Shown in pieces: positions 48,701 through 61,900 of a stretch of 64,000 nt of DNA. A program made the translations under genes and the position numbers. Source of the DNA: the human T2T-CHM13v2.0 reference genome, Homo sapiens; NCBI RefSeq assembly GCF_009914755.1, contig NC_060945.1. The stretch is one strand, 5' to 3'. Position 1 is the first letter of the stretch; every line of letters begins with the position of its first letter. The notes beneath the pieces were generated by a model. It searched no databases and was not told where the DNA came from. It saw only the letters and a program-made list of their open reading frames with translations.

Positions 48701-51700
48701 GTTCACAAACCTTATATTATATACTGTACATAAAATATCAAAGTACCCAAGGTATATATTCTATACTGTACAAAAAATATCAAAGTACCCAAAGCATGTT
48801 TTATATACTGTACATAAAATATGAAAGTACATCAAATATATATTTTATTCTGTACATAAAATATCAAAGTACACCAGATATATATTCTATAGTGTACATA
48901 AAATATCAAAGTACCCAAACTATACATTATATACTGTACATAAAATATGAAATTACATCAAATATATATTATATTAGGTACACAAAATATGAAAGTACAT
49001 CAAACATAGATTATATACTGTACATTAAATATCAAAGTACCCCAAATATATATTTTATACTGTACATGAAATATCAAAGTTCACAAACTATATATTATAT
49101 ACTGTACATAAAATATCAAAGTACCCAAGGTATATATTATATACTGTACAAAAAATATCAAAGTACCCAAAGCATGTATTATATACTGTATATAAAATAT
49201 GAAAGTACATCAAATATATATTTTATTCTGTACATAAAATATCAAAGTACACCAGATATATATTCTATAGTGTACATAAAATATCAAAGTACCCAAACTA
49301 TACATTATATACTGTACATAAAATATGAAATTACATCAAATATATATTATATTAGGTACATAAAATATGAAAGTACATCAAATATAGATTATATACTGTA
49401 CACTAAATACCAAAGTACCCCAAATATATATTTTATACTGTACATGAAATATCAAAGTTCACAAACTATATATTATATACTGTACATAAAATATCAAAGT
49501 ACCCAACTTATATATTCTATACTGTACAAAAAATATCAAAGTACCCAAATCATGTATTATATACTGTACCTAAAATATGAAAGTACATCAAATATATATT
49601 TTATTCTGTACATAAAATATCAAAGTACACCAGATATATATTCTATAGTGTACATAAAATATCAAAGTACCCAAACTATACATTATATACTGTACATAAA
49701 ATATGAAATTACATCAAATATATATTATATTAGGTACATAAAATATGAAAGTACATCAAATATAGATTATATACTGTACATAAAATATCAAAGTACCCCA
49801 AATATATATTATATACTCTACATGAAATATCAAAGTTCACAAACCATATATTATATACTGTACATAAAATAAAGTACCCAAGGTATATATTCTATACTGT
49901 AGAAAAAATATCAAAGGACCCAAAGCATGTATTATATACTGTATATAAAATATGAAAGTACATCAAATATATAATTTATTCTGTACATAAAATATCAAAG
50001 TACACCAGACATATATTCTATAGGGTACATAAAATAACAAAGTACAAAAACTATAAATTATATACTGTACATAAAATATGAAATTACATCAAATATATAT
50101 TAGGTACATAAAATATGAAAGTACATCAAATATAGATTATATACTGTACATAAAATTTCAATGTACCCCAAATATATATTTTATACTCTACATGAAATAT
50201 CAAAGTTCACAAACCATATATTATATACTGTACATAAAATATCAAAGTACCCAAGGTATATATTCTATACTATACAAAAAATATCAAAGTACCCAAAGCA
50301 TGTATTATATACTGTACCTAAAATATGAAAGTACATCAAATATATATTTTATTCTGTACATAAAATATCAAAGTACACCAGATATATATTCTATAGTGTA
50401 CATAAAATATCAAAGTACCCAAACTATACATTATATACTGTACATAAAATATGAAATTACATCAAATATATTTTATATTAGGTACATAAAATATGAAAGT
50501 ACATCAAATATAGATTATATACTGTACATTAAATACCAAAGTACCCCAAATATATATTTTATACTGTACATGAAATATCAAAGTTCACAAACTATATATT
50601 ATATACTGTACATATAATATCAAAGTACCCAAGGTATATATTCTATACTGTACAAAAAATAACAAAGTACCAAAAGCATGTATAATATACTGTACATAAA
50701 ATATGAAAGTACATCAAATATATATTTTATTCTGTACATAAAATATCAAAGTACACCAGATATATATTCTATAGTGTACATAAAATATCAAAATACCCAA
50801 ACTATACATTATATACTGTATATAAAATATGAAATTACATCAAATATATTTTATATTAGGTACACAAAATATGAAAGTACATCAAATATAGATTATATAC
50901 TGTACATTAAATACCAAAGTACCCCAAATATATATTTTATACTGTACATGAAATATGAAAGTTCACAAACTATATATTATATACTGTACATAAAATATCA
51001 AAGTAACCAAGATATATATTCTATACTGTACAAAAAATATCAAAGTACCAAAAGCATGTATTATATACTGTACATTAAATATGAAAGTACATCAAATATA
51101 TATTTCATTCTGTACATAATATATCAAAGTACACCAGATATATATTCTATAGTGTACATAAAATAACAAAGTACACAAACTATAAATTATATACTGTACA
51201 TAAAATATGAAATTACATCAAATATATATTAGGTACATAAAATATGAAAGTACATCAAATATAGATTATATACTGTACATAAAATATCAATGTACCCCAA
51301 ATATATATTTTATACTATACATGAAATATCAAAGTTCACAAACCATATATTGTATACTGTACATAAAATATCAAAGTACCCAAGGTATATATTCTATACT
51401 GTACAAAAAATATCAAAGTACCCAAAGCATGTATTATATACTGTACATAAAATATGAAAGTACATCAAATATATATTTTATTCTGTACATAATATATCAA
51501 AGTACACCAGATATATATTCTATAGTGTACATAAAATATCAAAGTACCCAAACTATACATTATATACTGTACATAAAATATGAAATTACATCAAATATAT
51601 ATTAAATTAGGTACATAAAATACGAGAGTACATCAAATATAGATTATATACTGTACATTAAATACCAAAGTACCCCAAATATATATTTTATACTGTACAT

Positions 51701-54700
51701 GAAATATCAAAGTTCACAAACTATATATTATATACTGTACATAAAATATCAAAGTACCCAAGGTATATATTATATACTGTACAAAAAATATCAAAGTACC
51801 CAAAGCATGTATTATATACTGCATATAAAATATGAAAGTACATCAAATATATATTTTATTCTGTACATAAAATATCAAAGTACACCAGATATATATTCTA
51901 TAGTGTACATAAAATATCAAAGTACCCAAACTATACATTATATACTGTACATAAAATATGAAATTACATCAAATATATATTATATTAGGTACATAAAATA
52001 TGAAAGTACATCAAATATAGATTATATACTGTACATAAAATATCAAAGTACCCCAAATATATATTATATACTCTACATGAAATATCAAAGTTCACAAACC
52101 ATATATTATATACTGTACATAAAATAAAGTACCCAAGGTATATATTCTATACTGTAGAAAAAATATCAAAGGACCCAAAGCATGTATTATATACTGTATA
52201 TAAAATATGAAAGTACATCAAATATATAATTTATTCTGTACATAAAATATCAAAGTACACCAGACATATATTCTATAGTGTACATAAAATAACAAAGTAC
52301 ACAAACTATAAATTATATACTGTACATAAAATATGAAATTACATCTAATATATATTAGGTACATAAAATATGAAAGTACATCAAATATAGATTATATACT
52401 GTACATAAAATATCAATGTACCCCAAATATATATTTTATACTCTAAATGAAATATCAAAGTTCACAAACCATATATTATATACTGTACATAAAATATCAA
52501 AGTACCCAAGGTATATATTCTATACTATACAAAAAATATCAAAATACCCAAAGCATGTATTATATACTGTACCTAAAATATGAAAGTACATCAAATATAT
52601 ATTTTATTCTGTACATAAAATATCAAAGTACACCAGATATATATTCTATAGTGTACATAAAATATCAAAGTACCCAAACTATACATTATATACTGTACAT
52701 AAAATATGAAATTACATCAAATATATATTATATTAGGTACATAAAATATGTAAGTACATCAAATATAGATTATACACTGTACATAAAATATCAAAGTACC
52801 CCAAATATATATTATATACTCTACATGAAATATCAAAGTTTGCAAACTATATATTATATACTGTACATAAAATAAAGTCCCCAAGGTATATATTCTATAC
52901 TGTAGAAAAAATATCAAAGTACCCAAAGCATGTATTATATACTGTATATAAAATATGAAAGTACATCAAATGTATATTTTATTCTGTACATAAAATATCA
53001 AAGTACACCAGATATATATTCTATAGTGTACATAAAATAACAAAGTACACAAACTATAAATTATATACTGTACATAAAATATGAAATTACATCAAATATA
53101 TATTAGGTACATAAAATATGAAAGTACATCAAATATAGATTATATACTGTACATATATTATCAATGTACCCCAAATATGTATTTTATACTCTACATGAAA
53201 TATCAAAGTTCACAAACCATATATTATATACTGTACATAAAATATCAAAGTACCCAAGGTATATATTCTATACTGTACAAAAAATATCAAAGTACCCAAA
53301 GCATGTTTTATATACTGTACATAAAATATGAAAGTACATCAAATATATATTTTATTCTGTACATAAAATATCAAAGTACACCAGATATATATTCTATAGT
53401 GTACATAAAATATCAAAGTACCCAAACTATACATTATATACTGTACATAAAATATGAAATTACATCAAATATATATTATATTAGGTACATAAAATATGAA
53501 AGTACATCAAACATAGATTATATACTGTACATTAAATATCAAAGTACCCCAAATATATATTTTATACTGTACATGAAATATCAAAGTTCACAAACTATAT
53601 ATTATATACTGTACATAAAATATCAAAGTACCCAAGGTATATATTATATACTGTACAAAAAATATCAAAGTACCCAAAGCATGTATTATATACTGCATAT
53701 AAAATATGAAAGTACATCAAATATATATTTTATTCTGTACATAAAATATCAAAGTACACCAGATATATATTCTATAGTGTACATAAAATATCAAAGTACC
53801 CAAACTATACATTATATACTGTACATAAAATATGAAATTACATCAAATATATATTATATTAGGTTCATAAAATATGAAAGTACATCAAATATAGATTATA
53901 TACTGTACACTAAATACCTAAGTACCCCAAATATATATTTTATACTGTACATGAAATATCAAAGTTCACAAACTATATATTATATACTGTACATAAAATA
54001 TCAAAGTACCCAACGTATATATTCTATACTGTACAAAAAATATCAAAGTACCCAAATCATGTATTATATACTGTACCTAAAATATGAAAGTACATCAAAT
54101 ATATATTTTATTCTGTACATAAAATATCAAAGTACACCAGATATATATTCTATAGTGTACATAAAATATCAAAGTACCCAAACTATACATTATATACTGT
54201 ACATAAAATATGAAATTACATCAAATATATATTATATTAGGTACATAAAATATGAAAGTACATCAAATATAGATTATATACTGTACATAAAATATCAAAG
54301 TACCCCAAATATATATTATATACTCTACATGAAATATCAAAGTTCACAAACCATATATTATATACTGTACATAAAATAAAGTACCCAAGGTATATATTCT
54401 ATACTGTAGAAAAAATATCAAAGGACCCAAAGCATGTATTATATACTGTATATAAAATATGAAAGTACATCAAATATATAATTTATTCTGTACATATAAT
54501 ATCAAAGTACACCAGACATATATTCTATAGTGTACATAAAATAACAAAGTACAAAAACTATAAATTATATACTGTACATAAAATATGAAATTACATCTAA
54601 TATATATTAGGTACATAAAATATGAAAGTACATCAAATATAGATTATATACTGTACATAAAATTTCAATGTACCCCAAATATATATTTTATACTCTACGT
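47900..54700 (+). repeat. ~2.2-kb dispersed duplication, offset 4507 (about 47900-50170 vs 52400-54680)
   Basis: The 432-aa ORFs at 48574-49872 and 53081-54379 are nearly identical. ORF ends 48368/52875 and starts 50078/54585 also differ by 4507. Shared variants include CATATATTATCAATG, GCATGTTTTAT, CAAATCATG and AAAGGACCC. Confidence 0.85.
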
Positions 54701-57700
54701 GAAATATCAAAGTTCACAAACCATATATTGTATACTGTACATAAAATATCAAAGTACCCAAGGTATATGTTCTATACTGTACAAAAAATATCAAAGTACC
54801 CAAAGCATGTATTATATACTGTACATAAAATATGAAAGTACATCATATATATATTTAATTCCGTACATAAAATATCAAAGTACACCAGATATATATTCTA
54901 TTGTGTACATAAAATATCAAAGTACACAAACTATACATTATATACTGTACATAAAATATGAAATTACATCAAATATATATTATATAAGGTACATAAAATA
55001 TGAAAGTACATCAAATATAGATTATATACTGTACAATAAATACCAAAGAACCCCAAATATATATTATATACTGTACATTAAATACCAAAGATCCCCAAAT
55101 ATATATTATATACTCTACATGAAATATCAAAGTTCACAAACAATATATTATATACTGTACATAAAATATCAAAGAACCCAAGGTATATATTCTATACTGT
55201 ACAAAAAATATCAAAGTACCCAAAGCATGTATTATATACTGTATATAAAATATGAAAGTACATCAAATATATATTTTATTCTGTACATAAAATATCAAAG
55301 TACACCAGATATATATTCTATAGTGTACATAAAATAACAAAGTACAAAAACTATAAATTATATACTGTACATAAAATATGAAATTACATCAAATATATAT
55401 TAGTTACATAAAATATGAAAGTACATCAAATATAGATTATATACTGTACATAAAATATGAATGTACCCCAAATATATATTTTATACTCGACATGAAATAT
55501 CAAAGTTCACAAACCATATAATATATACTATACATAAAATATCAAAGTACCCAAGGTATATATTCTATACTGTACAAAAAATATCAAAGTACCCAAAGCA
55601 TGTATTATATACTGTACATAAAATATGAAAGTACATCAAATATATATTTTATTCTGTACATAAAATATCAAAGTACACCAGATATATATTCTATAGTGTA
55701 CATAAAATATCAAAGTACCCAAACTATACATTATATACTGTACATAAAATATGAAATTACCTCAAATATATATTATATTAGGTACATAAAATATGAAAGT
55801 ACATCAAATATAGATTATATACTGTACATTAAATACCAAAGTACCCCAAATATATATTTTATAGTGTACATGAAATATCACAGTTCACAAACTATATATT
55901 ATATACTGTACATATAATATCAAAGTACCCAAGGTATATATTCTATACTGTACAAAAAATATCAAAGTACCCAAAGCATGTATTATATACAGTACATAAA
56001 ATATGAAAGTACATCAAATATATATTTTATTCTGTACATAAAATATCAAAGTACACCAGATATATATTCTATAGTGTACATAAAATAACAAAGTACACAA
56101 ACTATAAATTATATACTGTACATAAAATATGAAATTACATCAAATATATATTAGGTATATAAATTATGAAAGTACATCAAATATAGATTTTATACTGTAC
56201 ATAAAATATCAATGTACCCCAAATATATATTTTATACTCTACATGAAATACCAAAGTTCACAAACCATATATTATATACTGTACATAAAATATCAAAGTA
56301 CCCAAGGTATATATTCTATACTGTACAAAAAATATCAAAGTACCCAAAGCATGTATTATATACTGTACATAAAATATGAAAGTACATCAAATATGTATTT
56401 TATTCTGTACATAAAATATCAAAGTACACCAGATATATATTCTATAGTGTACATAAAATATCAAAGTACCCAAACTATACATTATATACTGTACATAAAA
56501 TATGAAATTACATCAAATATATATTATATTAGGTACATAAAATATGAAAGTACATCAAATATAGATTATATACTGTACATAAAATATCAAAGTACCCCAA
56601 ATATATATTATATACTCTACATGAAATATCAAAGTTCACAAACTATATATTATATACTGTACATAAAATATCAAAGTACCCAAGGTATATATTCTATAAT
56701 GTACAAAAAATATCAAAGTACCCAAAGCGTGTATTATATACTGTATATAAAATGTGAAATTACATCAGATATATATTTTATTCTGTACATAAAATATCAA
56801 AGTACACCAGATATATATTCTATAGTGTACATAAAATATCAAAGTACCCAAACTATACATTATATACTGTACATAAAATATGAAATTACATCAAATATAT
56901 ATTATATTAGGTACATAAAATATGAAAGTACACCAAATATAGATTATATACTGTACATTAAATACCAAAGTACCCCAAATCTATATTTTATACTGTACAT
57001 GAAATATCAAAGTTCACAAACTGTATATTATATACTGTACATAAAATATCAAAGTACCCAAGGTATATATTCTATACTGTACAAAAAATATCAAAGTAAC
57101 CAAAGCATGTATTATATACTGTACCTAAAATATGAAAGTTCATCAAATATATATTTTATTCTGTACATAAAATATCAAAGTACACTAGATATATATTCTA
57201 TAGTGTACATAAAATACCAAAGTACCCAAACTATACATTATATACTGTACATAAAATATGAAATGACATCAAATATATATTATCTTAGGTATATAAAATA
57301 TGAAAGTACATCAAATATAGATTATACACTGTACATAAAATATCAAAGTACCCCAAATATATATTATATACTCTACATGAAATATCAAAGTTCACAAACT
57401 TTATATTATATACTGTACATAAAATAAAGTCCCCAAGGTATATATTCTATACTGTAGAAAAAATATCAAAGTACCCAAAGCATGTATTATATACTGTATA
57501 TAAAATATGAAAGTACATCAAATATATATTTTATTCTGTACATAATATATCAAAGTACACCAGATATATATTCTATAGTGTACATAAAATAACAAAGTAC
57601 AAAAACTATAAATTATATACTGTACATAAAATATGGTATTACATCAAATATATATTAGCTACATAAAATATGAAAGTACATCAAATATAGATTATATACT

Positions 57701-58980
57701 GTACATAAAATTTCAATGTACCCCAAATATATATTTTATACTCTACATGAAATATCAAAGTTCACAAACCATATATTATATACTGTACATAAAATATCAA
57801 AGTACCCAAGGTATATATTCTATACTATACAAAAAATATCAAAGTACCCAAAGCATGTATTATATACTGTACCTAAAATATGAAAGTACATCAAATATAT
57901 ATTTTATTCTGTACATAAAATATCAAAGTACACCAGATATACATTCTATAGTGTACATAAAATATCAAAGTACCCAAACTATACATTATATACTGTACAT
58001 AAAATATGAAATTACATCAAATATATTTTATATTAGGTACATAAAATATGAAAGTACATCAAATATAGATTATATACTGTACATTAAATACCAAAGTACC
58101 CCAAATATATATTTTATACTGTACATGAAATATCAAAGTTCACAAACTATATATTATATACTGTACATATAATATCAAAGTACCCAAGGTATATATTCTA
58201 TACTGTACAAAAAATAACAAAGTACCAAAAGCATGTATAATATACTGTACATAAAATATGAAAGTACATCAAATATATATTTTATTCTGTACATAAAATA
58301 TCAAAGTACACCAGATATATATTCTATAGTGTACATAAAATATCAAAGTACCCAAACTATACATTATATACTGTACATAAAATATGAAATTACATCAAAT
58401 ATATATTATATTAGGTACATAAAATATGAAAGTACATCAAGTATAGATTATATACTGTACATTAAATACCAAAGTACCCCAAATATATATTTTATACTGT
58501 ACATGAAATATCAAAGTTCACAAACTATATATTATATACTGTACATAAATTATCAAAGTACCCAAGGTATATATTCTATACTGTACAAAAAATATCAAAG
58601 TACCCAAAGCATGTATTATATACTGTACATAAAATATGAAAGTACATCAAATATATATTTTATTCTGTACATAATATATCAAAGTACACCAGATATATAT
58701 TCTATAGTGTACATAAAATAACAAAGAACACAAACTATACATTATATACTGTACATAAAATATGAAATTACATCAAATATATATTAGGTGCATAAAATAT
58801 GAAAGTACATCAAATATAGATTATATACTGTACATAAAATATCAATGTACCCCAAATATATATTTTATACTATATATGAAATATCAAAGTTCACAAACCA
58901 TATATTGTATACTGTACATAAAATATCAAAGTACCCAAGGTATATGTTCTATACTGTACAAAAAATATCAAAGTACCCAA
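50078..58980 (+). repeat. ~1.3-kb dispersed, more diverged duplication, offset 7555
   Basis: ORF pairs 50078/57633, 50678/58233 and 51207/58762 have matching lengths or stops and shared variants, with several substitutions between copies. Confidence 0.7.
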
Positions 58981-61900
58981 AGCATGTATTATATACTGTA
59001 CATAAAATATGAAAGTACATCAAATATATATTTTATTCCGTACATAAAATATCAAAGTACACCAGATATATATTCTATAGTGTACATAAAATATCAAAGT
59101 ACACAAACTATACATTATATACTGTACATAAAATATGAAATTACATCAAATATATATTATATAAGGTACATAAAATATGAAAGTACATCAAATATAGATT
59201 ATATACTGTACAATAAATACCAAAGAACCCCAAATATATATTATATACTGTACATTAAATACCAAAGAACCCAAAATATATATTATATACTCTACATGAA
59301 ATATCAAAGTTCACAAACTATATATTATATACTGTACATATAATATCAAAGTACCCAAGGTATATATTCTATACTGTACAAAAAATATCAAAGTACCCAA
59401 AGCATGTATTATATACAGTACATAAAATATGAAAGTACATCAAATATATATTTTATTCTGTACATAAAATATCAAAGTACACCAGATATATATTCTATAG
59501 TGTACATAAAATAACAAAGTACACAAACTATACATTATATACTGTACATAAAATATGAAATTACATCAAATATATATTAGGTACATAAAATATGAAAGTA
59601 CATCAAATATAGATTATATACTGTACATGAAATATCAAAGTACCCCAATATATATTTTATACTCTACATGAAATACCAAAGTTCACAAACCATATATTAT
59701 ATACTGTACATAAAATATCAAAGTACCCAAGGTATATATTCTATACTGTACAAAAAATATCAAAGTACCCAAAGCATGTATTATATACTGTACATAAAAT
59801 ATGAAAGTACATCAAATATGTATTTTATTCTGTACATAAAATATCAAAGTACACCAGATATATATTCTATAGTGTACATAAAATATCAAAGTACCCAAAC
59901 TATACATTATATACTGTACATAAAATATGAAATTACATCAAATATATATTATATTAGGTACATAAAATATGAAAGTACATCAAATATAGATTATATACTG
60001 TACATAAAATATCAAAGTACCCCAAATATATATTATATACTCTACAAGAAATATCAAAGTTCACAAACTATATATTATATACTGTACATAAAATATCAAA
60101 GTACCCAAGGTATATATTCTATAATGTACAAAAAATATCAAAGTACCCAAAGCGTGTATTATATACTGTATATAAAATGTGAAATTACATCAGATATATA
60201 TTTTATTCTGTACATAAAATATCAAAGTACACCAGATATATATTCTATAGTGTACATAAAATATCAAAGAACCCAAACTATACATTATATACTGTACATA
60301 AAATATGAAATTACATCAAATATATATTATATTAGGTACATAAAATATGAAAGTACATCAAATATAGATTATATACTGTACATTAAATACCAAAGTACCC
60401 CAAATATATATTTTATACTCTACATGAAATATCAAAGTTCACAAACTATATATTATATACTGTACATAAAATATCAAAGTACCCAAGGTATATATTCTAT
60501 ACTGTAAAAAAATATCAAAGTACCCAAAGCATGTATTATATACTGTACCTAAAATATGAAAGTACATCAAATATATATTTTATTCTGTACATAAAATATC
60601 AAAGTACACCAGATATATATTCTATAGTGTAAATAAAATATCAAAGTACCCAAACTATACATTATATACTGTACATAAAATATGAAATTACATCAAATAT
60701 ATATTATATTAGGTTCATAAAATATGAAAGTACATCAAATATAGATTATATACTGTACACTAAATACCTAAGTACCCCAAATATATATTTTATACTGTAC
60801 ATGAAATATCAAAGTTCACAAACTATATATTATATACTGTACATAAAATATCAAAGTACCCAACGTATATATTCTATACTGTACAAAAAATATCAAAGTA
60901 CCCAAATCATGTATTATATACTGTACCTAAAATATGAAAGTACATCAAATATATATTTTATTCTGTACATAAAATATCAAAGTACACCAGATATATATTC
61001 TATAGTGTACATAAAATATCAAAGTACCCAAACTATACATTATATACTGTACATAAAATATGAAATTACATCAAATATATATTATATTAGGTACATAAAA
61101 TATGAAAGTACATCAAATATAGATTATATACTGTACATAAAATATCAAAGTACCCCAAATATATATTATATACTCTACATGAAATATCAAAGTTCACAAA
61201 CCATATATTATATACTGTACATAAAATAAAGTACCCAAGGTATATATTCTATACTGTAGAAAAAATATCAAAGGACCCAAAGCATGTATTATATACTGTA
61301 TATAAAATATGAGAGTACATCAAATATATAATTTATTCTGTACATATAATATCAAAGTACACCAGACATATATTCTATAGTGTACATAAAATAACAAAGT
61401 ACAAAAACTATAAATTATATACTGTACATAAAATATGAAATTACATCTAATATATATTAGGTACATAAAATATGAAAGTACATCAAATATAGATTATATA
61501 CTGTACATAAAATTTCAATGTACCCCAAATATATATTTTATACTCTACGTGAAATATCAAAGTTCACAAACCATATATTGTATACTGTACATAAAATATC
61601 AAAGTACCCAAGGTATATGTTCTATACTGTACAAAAAATATCAAAGTACCCAAAGCATGTATTATATACTGTACATAAAATATGAAAGTACATCATATAT
61701 ATATTTAATTCCGTACATAAAATATCAAAGTACACCAGATATATATTCTATTGTGTACATAAAATATCAAAGTACACAAACTATACATTATATACTGTAC
61801 ATAAAATATGAAATTACATCAAATATATATTATATAAGGTACATAAAATATGAAAGTACATCAAATATAGATTATATACTGTACAATAAATACCAAAGAA

